From positions 1 through 52,919 of the forward strand of contig JAYSRO010000345.1 of the NCBI GenBank assembly GCA_043720995.1: a stretch of 52,919 bases of DNA. Direction: 5' to 3'. Below are positions 18,651 through 27,060 of this stretch, piece after piece (position 1 is the stretch's first letter; each line of letters starts with the position of its first letter). The DNA comes from Candidatus Eiseniibacteriota bacterium (GTDB lineage: Bacteria; Eisenbacteria; RBG-16-71-46). Both the position numbers and the translations under genes were made by a program. The notes below the pieces were generated by a model. The model ran no database searches and was not told where the DNA came from. It saw only the letters and a list, made by a program, of their open reading frames with translations.

Positions 18651-20393
18651 CTACTCTTCTTCCTCTTCCTCGACCTCAATAATAAACCCGCCCGCCGTCC
18701 CCGAGGGCACGATGATTCTGTGCAGCGCGACGGCCAGCACTTCGTCCATCGTCGAGACGGGAACCATCTCGATCTGCTTGCGGACGTCTGCCGGAATGTC
18801 CGAGAGATCCTTCGAGTTCGCTTCTGGGAAGATCATCGTCTTGAACCCGGCACGGTAGGCGGCGAGCGCCTTCTCGCGCAGGCCTCCCACGATCAGCACC
18901 TTGCCGCGCAGGCTCACTTCGCCGGTCATGCAGACGTCGTGGCGGATCGGGCGGTCGCTCAACACCGACGCGATCACGAGGCCGATGGTGATGCCGGCGG
19001 AGGGCCCGTCCTTCGGCACGCCGCCCATCGGGAAGTGCACGTGGATGTCGCAGTTCTGGAACACCTCGGCTTCGATCTCGAGCATGTCGGCGCGTGAGCG
19101 CACGTAGGAATGCGCGGCCTGCACGGATTCCTTCATGACTTCGCCGAGCTGGCCAGTGGTGACGACGCGGCCAGTGCCAGGCATCTTCAGCGCTTCGACC
19201 GACAGCAACTCGCCGCCCGCGGGCGTCCAGGCGAGGCCGTAGGCGACGCCGACTTCATCGTGCTTGTTGACGGCCTCGTGGTGATACACGCGATGGCCGA
19301 GATGGCGTTCGAGATCGGACTCGCGCACGACATGACGCCGCCGGTCGCCGGTGGCGCGCGCGCGCGCGACCTTGCGGCAAACCGTTGCGATCTGGCGTGA
19401 CAACCCGCGCACTCCAGCCTCGAGCGTGTACTGGCGCACCATGGCGCGCAGCGTGTCGCTCGAGAACACGACGTCCTTGGGCGACAAGCCGTGCTCCAGA
19501 ATTACGCGTGGCACCAGGAAGCGCTGCGCGATCTCGAGTTTTTCGTCCTCGCTGTAGCCGGGGACCTCGATCAACTCGATGCGCTCCTGCAGCGCATCAG
19601 GCACCAGCTCGATGTGGTTCGCGCACAGCAGCAGGATGCAGTTCGACAAATCGATCGGCAGCCCGACGTAGTGATCGACGAAGCTACGGTTGGTCGAAGG
19701 ATCGAGCAATTCCTGCAGCACTTCGAGCACGCCGAGCCCGGACTCGCTGAGCAGGCGGTCGACGCCGTCGATGATCAGCACGGGATCGCTGGCACCGGCC
19801 TCACGCAGCGCCTGCACGATCTTGCCGGGCTGGGCGCCGGGAAGATTGCGGCTGATGCCGACCAGCTCGCCGGCTTCGGAGGTACCGGACACGCTGATGC
19901 GCACGAACGGCCGGTTGAGTGCCCGCGCGACCGCAGCACCGAGCGACGTCTTGCCGGTGCCCGGAGGCCCGACGAGGCACAGCGTGGGTCCCTGGAGATC
20001 GGGCTTGAGCTTGCGCACGGCGAGGTACTCGACGATGCGCTCCTTGGCGCGCGACAGCCCGAGATGTTCTTGCTCGAGCGTGCGCTCCACGGCGCACAGA
20101 TCCGTGATCTCGCCTTGCGTGCGCTGCCACGGCAGCGCCCACACGCACTGGAGATACGCGCGCACATGCGCCGACTCCGGGGCACCCGGCGGCAACCGGC
20201 GCAGGCGCTCCATTTCGCGCTGGACCTGGCGGGCGACGGACGGTGGCAAACCGGCGGTGCCGGAGGTCGCGCGCGGGCGAGGCGTGGCCTCGCGATCCGA
20301 AGACTGGCTGACGGACGACGTTGCGCTCTCGGCCATCATGCGGCGGCCGGCCTTCGTGGATTGGGGCTTTCGGGCGCGCGCGGGTCGAGACAT
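18651..20393 (-). CDS. Lon-like ATP-dependent serine protease paralog lacking the LonA N-terminal domain; degenerate Walker B; poly-Glu C-terminus
   Basis: AGGAG 7 nt upstream of ATG 20393. Walker A GPPGTGKTS, sensor-2 TLEAGVRGL, protease motifs PKDGPSAG and GGLREK. Walker B reads VLIIDGVDR instead of hhhhDE. The protein ends IIEVEEEEEE. Confidence 0.85.
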   Translation of the reverse strand: MSRPARARKPQSTKAGRRMMAESATSSVSQSSDREATPRPRATSGTAGLPPSVARQVQREMERLRRLPPGAPESAHVRAYLQCVWALPWQRTQGEITDLCAVERTLEQEHLGLSRAKERIVEYLAVRKLKPDLQGPTLCLVGPPGTGKTSLGAAVARALNRPFVRISVSGTSEAGELVGISRNLPGAQPGKIVQALREAGASDPVLIIDGVDRLLSESGLGVLEVLQELLDPSTNRSFVDHYVGLPIDLSNCILLLCANHIELVPDALQERIELIEVPGYSEDEKLEIAQRFLVPRVILEHGLSPKDVVFSSDTLRAMVRQYTLEAGVRGLSRQIATVCRKVARARATGDRRRHVVRESDLERHLGHRVYHHEAVNKHDEVGVAYGLAWTPAGGELLSVEALKMPGTGRVVTTGQLGEVMKESVQAAHSYVRSRADMLEIEAEVFQNCDIHVHFPMGGVPKDGPSAGITIGLVIASVLSDRPIRHDVCMTGEVSLRGKVLIVGGLREKALAAYRAGFKTMIFPEANSKDLSDIPADVRKQIEMVPVSTMDEVLAVALHRIIVPSGTAGGFIIEVEEEEEE

Positions 20394-20656
20394 CCCTGGT
20401 CTCCTTCGGCTTCGGTTATGGCGAGTAGGGCACTGGGGCTCAAATCGGAGTAGTCCACTCCCACCCCATGCAATCCCCCGGCCGCAAGCGTGGCACGCGA
20501 TTCAGCACGGTTCCGGCCATTGGGGCAGGCCACAACGGGCGAATTGGCGCGGCGGCCGTGCAGCTTGCACGACGCGGTGTTCAGCGCGCGGCGTGTCCCG
20601 CCTGGATCCCACCCTGTACGGCGTTCACAATCAGGAACGCCGCGGGCCGCCTCAGC

Positions 20657-21592
20657 TCAGGACTTCGCGGGAGCGAAGCCGGTGGCAACGGTGCGTTGCA
20701 CCATGCGCACGACGTCGGCGAAACGCGTGGCGTTCGTCGGCGCACCCAACACCACCGCGATCAGGTCGCGGCCATCGGCACGCAGCCACGTCACGAAGCA
20801 GTAACCGGACTCGTTGATGAAGCCGGTCTTGCCACCGAGGATCTGGTAGCGGCTCTTGAGCAGGCGATTGGTGTTGTTGATCAGGTGATCGCGACGGCCC
20901 GTCGAGAACTCGTACGAAGAGGTCGTGGTGATCGAATGAATCAGCGGCTGCCCGGCCGCGGCCTGCAACAGGTGCGCGACATCACTGGCCGTGGAAATAT
21001 TGTTCTCGTCGAGCCCGGTCGGCTCGACGAAGCGCGTGTCCCGCAACTCGAGCTCGGCGGCCTTGGCGTTCATGCGCGCGAGGAAGTCCCCGCGCGACAG
21101 CCCCGACTCTCTCGCGATCACACGCGTCGCGACGTTATCGGAGCACATCAGGCTCATGTGCAGCAGGTCGCCGAGTGGCAGCGTTTCGTGCTCGCGCAAC
21201 TGCGTGTGGCCGCCCTGGTAGAGCTCCTCGCGCGTCACTTCGACGTCACGCAGCAGGTTTGGCTTCTGCTCGAGGAACACCATCGCGGTCATTAACTTGG
21301 TGATGCTGGCGATGGGCGCGCTGCGGTCGGCGTTCTTCTGGTAGAGCACCGTCCCCGTCACAGGATCCATCACCACCGCGCAGCGGGCGTAGATGCCCCC
21401 GGGCGGGGCGCGGCGAACGCGACGGGCGCGGGTCGCCTTGCGCGTGGGCTTGCGGTGCGTGATGCGTGCGGACGCGCGGGACTTGGAGACCGTGCGGGCG
21501 GTCGCGGCCGAGGACTGCGGGGCGTCGAACCCCAGCGTTGCAACCAACATCACCAGTGCGGCGAGCGCGAGGCGCCAATGCCGAATCGTCAT
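20657..21592 (-). CDS. D-alanyl-D-alanine carboxypeptidase, peptidase S11 (low-MW PBP)
   Basis: ATG 21592 is preceded by GGGAGGG. Signal peptide MTIRHWRLALAALVMLVATLG. Active-site triad motifs ASITKLMT (SxxK), CSDN (SxN) and GGKTGF (KTG). Confidence 0.85.
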   Translation of the reverse strand: MTIRHWRLALAALVMLVATLGFDAPQSSAATARTVSKSRASARITHRKPTRKATRARRVRRAPPGGIYARCAVVMDPVTGTVLYQKNADRSAPIASITKLMTAMVFLEQKPNLLRDVEVTREELYQGGHTQLREHETLPLGDLLHMSLMCSDNVATRVIARESGLSRGDFLARMNAKAAELELRDTRFVEPTGLDENNISTASDVAHLLQAAAGQPLIHSITTTSSYEFSTGRRDHLINNTNRLLKSRYQILGGKTGFINESGYCFVTWLRADGRDLIAVVLGAPTNATRFADVVRMVQRTVATGFAPAKS

Positions 21593-21756
21593 GCGAAACC
21601 CTCCCACCTCATCCTAAGGCACAGGCGTCCGAACCATCCTTGGTATCGGTCAACCGAGGGCGGAACTTAGCGTGCGACCCGGTGAGGGTCAATGCTTTCG
21701 GTGCGATTCCGCGAGACTTGGCGTGAACGCGACATCTCCGCCGCCCGTGAGCGGGC

Positions 21757-23229
21757 CTATTGCCCGGCGGCCGACGCCTTACGGGCGTGAAGACGCAGCA
21801 GAACTTCATCGCGTATCGCAGGTACGGGCACCGCACCCGCTTCGATGACTTCACGCAGGAACACTTCCGCCGAGAACCGCGAAGGGAGCGCGCGCACCGT
21901 CTCCGCACGCAGCGCTTCGAGGTTCCATGTCGCCAGCGTGGTGACCGCACGCGCGGGCGTGATGACGCTCGCTTCCGCGGCGAACCGCGCCGAGACGGTG
22001 TCGAGCCCGGCGTCGCGCACGAAGCGCTGCATCACGTCACCGAACGGCGCGGCGCCGGTTTGCAGGTCGAGTTCGGCCAGCGCGCCGACAAGATCGAGCC
22101 GGCTCGGCGCGAATCGCACGGACGCGGACGCCCCGCCGCGCGAGCCCTCGCGAATCGCGGCCGCGTACGGCGCCCATGCGAGAGCCACTTCGCGACGGCC
22201 GAGGACCGTGCGCAGCCATCGCGAAGAACCCGGTCCATTGCGCCGCGCGCGTCCCTCGAGCAGGCGAACGGTCGCGACGACGCGCGCGGAATCTGCGCTC
22301 ACAGTGTGCCCCGACAAGTCCGCGAGCGGGCCCATGGCGTCGAGTTCCCGCTGCGCCCGCGCGCGCAGGGAATCCAACGGGAGTGTGTCGCCACTGGCAG
22401 CCGAGAGCCAGCGCGCAAAACGTTCGCGGCCTATGCGCCCTTCTCCGCTCGCGCGTTCGAGCGCTGGCCCACGTAGCCACTCGATGTGCTGCTCGAGGGC
22501 ACGCACCGCCTGCGTGTCGGCGGTGGCGAAGTGCGCCATCGCGCCGGACTCGCGGCAATCGAGCAGCGCCGACGGCATGGTCTTGCGATACAACTCCAAC
22601 GCCCGCGTGAGCCGCGCGATCGCGAATTCGATCGATAGCGCTGAGGGCTCGCGCAGGCCGACCTTCGCCGCGCGCAGCAACTCGGGCACCGCGCGCAGGC
22701 GCCGCGTCGCCAGCGGCAGCCGGCGGCACAGCGCGCCCTGACGCCCCGCGAGCAATTCGCGCAACGTGTCATCGACGCGCGCGCAGACATAGCCGGGGTC
22801 GGTCTCGAAGCGCAGCAGCTCGTCGCGCTCGATCGCCCACTGCTCGAGCCGCCCGCGCAGCAACGCCGCATCAGCGCGGGCACGCGGACTCAGCGCTGCA
22901 CCGCTGCGCTCGATCGCATCCAACTCGCTCAGCACGTCCGCGCGAAACGCGCGATCCTCGTCGATCACCTGCTGCGTGACGGGCGTGATCGCGGCGCTCC
23001 ATCCCAGGCCGCCGGGCGCATTGGGCTCATCGAGCCGCACCCGCGCCGCATGCGCCGAGACGCGTTTCGCCAGCGGTGCCCAGTGCGGGGCGTTCGCTCC
23101 GTACACTGGCCCCACGCACATCGCGCCGGCGACAACGGCGAGCGCGAGCGTCCAACGAACACCCACAGTCCGGCCGCGCTGCGGGCAGGTCACCGCGCGC
23201 GTCGTCACATTACGGCCGCGGAACGACAT
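21757..23229 (-). CDS. Hypothetical exported alpha-helical protein (possibly DUF885-like)
   Basis: 490-aa ORF with protein-like composition and a signal-like segment VRWTLALAVVAGAMCVGPVYGA. The C-terminal FLREVIEAGAVPVPAIRDEVL resembles the DUF885 C-terminus (weak). The start is uncertain between ATG 23229, which overlaps the upstream gene by 20 nt, and GTG 23166. Confidence 0.5.
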   Translation of the reverse strand: MSFRGRNVTTRAVTCPQRGRTVGVRWTLALAVVAGAMCVGPVYGANAPHWAPLAKRVSAHAARVRLDEPNAPGGLGWSAAITPVTQQVIDEDRAFRADVLSELDAIERSGAALSPRARADAALLRGRLEQWAIERDELLRFETDPGYVCARVDDTLRELLAGRQGALCRRLPLATRRLRAVPELLRAAKVGLREPSALSIEFAIARLTRALELYRKTMPSALLDCRESGAMAHFATADTQAVRALEQHIEWLRGPALERASGEGRIGRERFARWLSAASGDTLPLDSLRARAQRELDAMGPLADLSGHTVSADSARVVATVRLLEGRARRNGPGSSRWLRTVLGRREVALAWAPYAAAIREGSRGGASASVRFAPSRLDLVGALAELDLQTGAAPFGDVMQRFVRDAGLDTVSARFAAEASVITPARAVTTLATWNLEALRAETVRALPSRFSAEVFLREVIEAGAVPVPAIRDEVLLRLHARKASAAGQ

Positions 23230-23938
23230 CCTTGACCAACTGCATCGGATCCCCGATACGCAGCGGCGACGTGGTCAGGAAGGCCTGGCCGTACTTCGTG
23301 CCGATCTGCCAGCCCCAGTAGCGCGCGACGGTCTCGAACACTTCACGCACGCTCGGCTGGTCCGCGAGCCGCGGCTTGTCGGGATTGTGGAACTGGCTCT
23401 GGTGGCAATCGAGCGCCGCGATCCATGCGTCGAACTGGGCCGATACGTCGACGATGAACGACGGCACCGTGCCCATGGGCAGGAAGTAGTAGTAGATCGC
23501 CTTCGCCTGGTGCGGCTCGCCCGGCACCGGGGCCTTCTTCAGGTGCGCGAGATTGTAGGCGTTGGAGACGATCTGGCCGGTCTTGTAGTGATCGTTGTGC
23601 CCCAGGCCCCGCCCGATCGGCAAGTTGTAGTAGGGCGCCAGCACGATCTGCGGCTGGTGCTTGCGGATCATCCCCGCGACGGCGCGGCGGTTCTCGAACG
23701 TGTCCTCGATCCGGCAATCGCCCAGATCGAGGTTCTCGCGAACGTCGAGCTGCAGGATCTTCGCGGCCGCCGCGCACTCACCAAGGCGGATCTCGGGGCT
23801 TCCCCAGCCCATGTCGCCCGTCGTCATGTCGACGATCCCGGTGCGGTGCCCCAGCCCCTTCATCTTCAGCAGCGTCGAGCCGGCCCCGATCTCGGCATCA
23901 TCAGGGTGGGGCCCGAATGCGAGAACATCCACCGCCAT
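23210..23938 (-). CDS. PIG-L/LmbE family N-acetylglucosaminyl deacetylase (BshB-like)
   Basis: VLAFGPHPDDAEIGAGSTLLK...GIVDMTTGDMG is the canonical PIG-L zinc-site N-terminus. The start lies 3 nt after the phosphorylase stop. Confidence 0.85.
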   Translation of the reverse strand: MAVDVLAFGPHPDDAEIGAGSTLLKMKGLGHRTGIVDMTTGDMGWGSPEIRLGECAAAAKILQLDVRENLDLGDCRIEDTFENRRAVAGMIRKHQPQIVLAPYYNLPIGRGLGHNDHYKTGQIVSNAYNLAHLKKAPVPGEPHQAKAIYYYFLPMGTVPSFIVDVSAQFDAWIAALDCHQSQFHNPDKPRLADQPSVREVFETVARYWGWQIGTKYGQAFLTTSPLRIGDPMQLVKDVVPRP

Positions 23939-23941
23939 GTC

Positions 23942-25591
23942 TTACGCCCTCGTCGTGATCGCCGCGGGTGCCGCGGCGGTGCTGGCCGCGGCCGGAGCTT
24001 CGCCGTCCGCGTACATGAGTTCGAAGTACTCGCGGACCATGCGGTCCGAGGAGAACTTGGAAACGCCCATTTGGATGCTGGCCTGCATCATTCGAACCCA
24101 GCGATCCCGGTCGCTCCAAGCAGGCATCACCTCGTTCTCGAACACCGAATACAGCGACTCGGCATCCTGCTCGTCATCGCCCGCCGTCTCGTCACCGATG
24201 GCCCAGCCGTTCACCCCGTGTTCGCAGCCCTCCGGCCACCAGCCGTCGAGAATGCTCACGTTGAGGGCGCCGTTCATAGCGGCCTTCATGCCCGAAGTGC
24301 CGCTCGCTTCGAGCGGCCGCACGGGATTGTTGAGCCACACGTCACAGCCGCGCACCATGTAGCGCGCGAGTTCCATGTCGTAGTTCTCGAGGAACAGCAC
24401 GCGCCCGGGGAATTGCGCCTGCGCCTTGACGATTCGGGCGATCACCTTCTGGCCGGCCTCGTCGGCAGCGTGCGCCTTGCCCGCGAACAGGATCACCAGC
24501 GGATGCTTGTTCATCAGGTTGGTCAACCGTTCCGGGTCACGCAACACCAGGTCACCGCGCTTGTAGGTGGCGGCGCGGCGCGCAAAGCCTACCACCAGCG
24601 CCGTGGGATCCACCGCCACTCCGTTGCGCTTCGCGACCTCTTCCAACAGTTCGGCCTTCAAGCGGGAGTGTGTTTCCCACAGCTTGCGCGGATCACTGGC
24701 GCTGTCGCGAACCGCTTGCGATTGCCACGTCCCCGGGTGCACGCCGTTCGTCACATGGATGATCGGCGCCGCGTTGCTGACCTGCTTCCACATGTCGCGC
24801 GCCGTCTCGCCGTGCAGCTTGGCGACCGCGTTCGCCTTGCGGGCGAGCCGCAGCCCCGCGACCGTCATGTTGAAGGGATCGCCGCCCAACGCGCGCATCT
24901 CACCGCCCGACAACTGCAGGCAGGCGCCCATGCGGCGCAGGTCCTTGAGCGAATGCTCTTCGTTGCCCGCTTCCACCGGCGTGTGCGTCGTGAACACGAT
25001 GCGCTTGCGCACCTCGGCCCACGCCTCGGGGAACGAGACATTGGTGCCTTCCATGCGCTCGGCGATCATCTCGACCCCGGCGAACACGGCGTGGCCTTCA
25101 TTGAAGTGATAGGTCGAAATCGGGATGCCCAACCAGTTGAGCGCTCGCACGCCGCCAATACCCAGCAGCATCTCCTGCGCGATGCGCGTGTCGGTGCCGG
25201 CTTCGTAGAGCCGTCGCGTGATCCAGCGGTCCTGCTCGCGGTAGGGCTCGATGAGGAACAGCGGCACGTGGCCGAAGCGGTCGGTCACCCACACCCGGCA
25301 GGGCACTTCCTGTCCGCGCACGCGGATGCGCACGCGCACACCCGTCTCGGTCAGGAACGAGGAATCGTAGGCGGGCCCTTCCTGATGGTACGGCATACCG
25401 TCGGCACCGATGCGCTGCGTGCCGTAGCCGTGTTCCCAGCGCAGGGTCACGGCGACCATGGGGAGCTTCAAGTCATGCGCGGACTTGATGAAATCGCCCG
25501 CGAGCACCCCCAGGCCACCGGCGTAGATCGGAAACGACTCGTTGAGCCCGAACTCCATGCAGAAGTAGGCGACATGCGGCTGCTGGGACAT
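23942..25591 (-). CDS. glgP: Alpha-glucan (glycogen/maltodextrin) phosphorylase, GT35, short alpha-glucan-family type
   Basis: VAYFCMEFGL...PIYAGGLGVLAGDFIKSA, FTTHTPVEAGNE, and EASGTSGMKAAMNG (PLP-lysine motif). ATG 25591 has GGAG 5 nt upstream. The track start 25615 is an alternative. Confidence 0.9.
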   Translation of the reverse strand: MSQQPHVAYFCMEFGLNESFPIYAGGLGVLAGDFIKSAHDLKLPMVAVTLRWEHGYGTQRIGADGMPYHQEGPAYDSSFLTETGVRVRIRVRGQEVPCRVWVTDRFGHVPLFLIEPYREQDRWITRRLYEAGTDTRIAQEMLLGIGGVRALNWLGIPISTYHFNEGHAVFAGVEMIAERMEGTNVSFPEAWAEVRKRIVFTTHTPVEAGNEEHSLKDLRRMGACLQLSGGEMRALGGDPFNMTVAGLRLARKANAVAKLHGETARDMWKQVSNAAPIIHVTNGVHPGTWQSQAVRDSASDPRKLWETHSRLKAELLEEVAKRNGVAVDPTALVVGFARRAATYKRGDLVLRDPERLTNLMNKHPLVILFAGKAHAADEAGQKVIARIVKAQAQFPGRVLFLENYDMELARYMVRGCDVWLNNPVRPLEASGTSGMKAAMNGALNVSILDGWWPEGCEHGVNGWAIGDETAGDDEQDAESLYSVFENEVMPAWSDRDRWVRMMQASIQMGVSKFSSDRMVREYFELMYADGEAPAAASTAAAPAAITTRA

Positions 25592-25850
25592 GGATGCTCC
25601 GGTTGTGAGGCTCACCGACTATGGGACCCGTTGTCAGGCTTGCGGTTGGATGAGGGCTGCGGATCATAAACGCCGCGGGCCGCGCGTGTCATGCGCGCGT
25701 CCAGCCCTCTGGGCTATCGGCAGTTGCGGCAGCGTTCTCCAGAGCATTGCGGGCGCGAGCGCGGAATAACCCCGACGAGCGCGGGTCCGCATGCTCCGCC
25801 TTTGCGCTGGCCGGACACTCAGGCGGATGCGCGTGCGTCATGCTTGTCCC

Positions 25851-26303
25851 ATGCGACTCTCGGCGCGCGCGCGGCTTGCCGCGATCATCCTGCCGTTGTG
25901 CCTCGGGCTGGTGCTCCCGGCGATCCGCTGGTGCCACGTCGCCCCCATCGAGGTTCCGGTCGCCTGTCTCGTGCGCTGCAATCCCGAGAATATGGCGGCG
26001 AGCCGGTCGCCGGAATCGTGCAGCGGTTGCCCCATGGCGCGCCATGCAGCACCCGCTCTGGCACGTGGCGAGCACCGTCCGTTCTGCATCGTCGAGTCCT
26101 CAAAAGGACTCGCGCTGCGCGGCAGTGTCCCGCGCGTCGCCCCGACACCTGCGGTGGGAGTCCTGTTGCCTCCCGTCGTTGAGCTGGCAGCGATCGCACC
26201 GGCCGTGGCCACGCGCGAACAACTCGCGCGTGCCCGCCCACCGACCTTTGCCTGGCGCAGCACGCCGCAAGTACGCGGCCCCCCTGCGGAAGGACACGCT
26301 TGA
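25851..26303 (+). CDS. Hypothetical membrane-anchored Cys-rich protein
   Basis: Third-codon positions in this frame are strongly G/C-biased, as in confirmed genes. The N-terminus MRLSARARLAAIILPLCLGLVLPAI is a TM/signal segment. Cys motifs CLVRC, CSGC and FC. No family recognised, and the start is uncertain (ATG 25791 or 25827 also possible). Confidence 0.4.
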   Translation: MRLSARARLAAIILPLCLGLVLPAIRWCHVAPIEVPVACLVRCNPENMAASRSPESCSGCPMARHAAPALARGEHRPFCIVESSKGLALRGSVPRVAPTPAVGVLLPPVVELAAIAPAVATREQLARARPPTFAWRSTPQVRGPPAEGHA

Positions 26304-26366
26304 ACTTCGCCCCGGCGGAATCCTTCCGTCTGGGACATTCAACGTTTCCAAACCAGGAGTCATCCC

Positions 26367-26720
26367 ATGAAGACGAAGTTCATCACGATGTTGGGCGCCG
26401 CGGCATTGGTGTTCTCGCTCGCCGCATCCGCGAACGCCGCGCCAGTCCACAAGAACACGAAGCATCGCCGAACGGTGGCTCATGCGACGACGATGCGTCC
26501 GATGGTCCAGATGGCGAATATGAGCGCCTGCGGCAGTTCATGCGGTATGGGCTCGTGCGCAACCAAGGCCTCGGCGAACCGGGCGTCCAGCGCATCCGCG
26601 CAGGCATGCCCGGTGTCGGACCCGTCGGCATGTCCGTCCTCGTGCTCGCGGAGCAACGCGACCACGGCGGCTCGGACAGCTGGTACGGTCACGACGGCCG
26701 TAGCGTCCAACAACCGCTGA
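26367..26720 (+). CDS. Small secreted Cys/Ser/Ala/Thr-rich protein
   Basis: AGGAG (26355..26359) lies 7 nt upstream of the ATG. Sec signal MKTKFITMLGAAALVFSLAASANA. The mature part has two Cys triads (CGSSCGMGSC and CPVSDPSACPSSC). High GC3. A strong terminator follows 15 nt downstream. Confidence 0.65.
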   Translation: MKTKFITMLGAAALVFSLAASANAAPVHKNTKHRRTVAHATTMRPMVQMANMSACGSSCGMGSCATKASANRASSASAQACPVSDPSACPSSCSRSNATTAARTAGTVTTAVASNNR

Positions 26721-26735
26721 TCGGGCGGTAAGCAC

Positions 26736-26772
26736 GCGGCGCGGGGGCAAGTGTCCCCGCGCCGCTTTTTTT
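26736..26772 (+). terminator. Rho-independent terminator
   Basis: Perfect 11-bp GC stem gcggcgcgggg (26736..26746) / ccccgcgccgc (26755..26765), an 8-nt loop, then TTTTTTT (26766..26772). Confidence 0.8.
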
Positions 26773-26848
26773 GGGATTGCCTGCGCTTGAATCGAGAACG
26801 TCCGCGAGGGAGACCCGGTGGCGACCCCGCGCGGGATTCGGCTGCGCC

Positions 26849-26888
26849 GGAACTCGCTCTCGGAACAGACGGAACCCGTCTAGACGGG
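26849..26888. promoter_or_regulatory. Candidate regulatory site: three direct GGAAC repeats plus a 14-bp perfect palindrome CCCGTCTAGACGGG
   Basis: GGAAC at 26849, 26862 and 26871. Palindrome at 26875..26888. The site lies about 175 nt upstream of the 1050-aa dehydrogenase-like gene. Function is not established. Confidence 0.2.
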
Positions 26889-27060
26889 GCGTGGTAGGGC
26901 CAATTGCCTTGAATTCTCAGGCAGGTCGCAAATCGCATGGAACTGCTCCCCCGGCCGCGAGCCAAAGGTTCCCGGGAGCCCGAATGCTGGGTTAAGTTTT
27001 ATGGGTCTGTTTCGAACTCCCTCGCCTACCGTGCCGTCGCCCCCCCTGCCCCAGCGGAGC

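Noticed and set aside
18651-20393. The Lon-like protease as a BREX BrxL-type or other phage-defence component
   Set aside because: No pglX, pglZ, brxA/B/C, methyltransferase, nuclease or other defence-type neighbours are present. The flanking genes are a DD-carboxypeptidase, an aminotransferase and a small zinc-ribbon protein. The sequence aligns with housekeeping LonA rather than BrxL-like proteins.
22976-25669. 897-aa plus-strand ORF, the longest in this part of the track
   Set aside because: It lies antisense to three well-supported minus-strand genes (DUF885-like, PIG-L, glgP). Its translation is Arg/Gly/Ala/His-rich with no recognisable motif. Long antisense open frames are expected in very GC-rich DNA.
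26367-26720. The Ser/Thr/Cys-rich small protein as a lanthipeptide/RiPP precursor
   Set aside because: It has a classical Sec signal peptide with an AxA cleavage site rather than a RiPP leader. No LanB/LanC/LanM, radical-SAM, YcaO or peptidase/ABC-export genes are nearby. It is kept only as a Cys-rich secreted protein.
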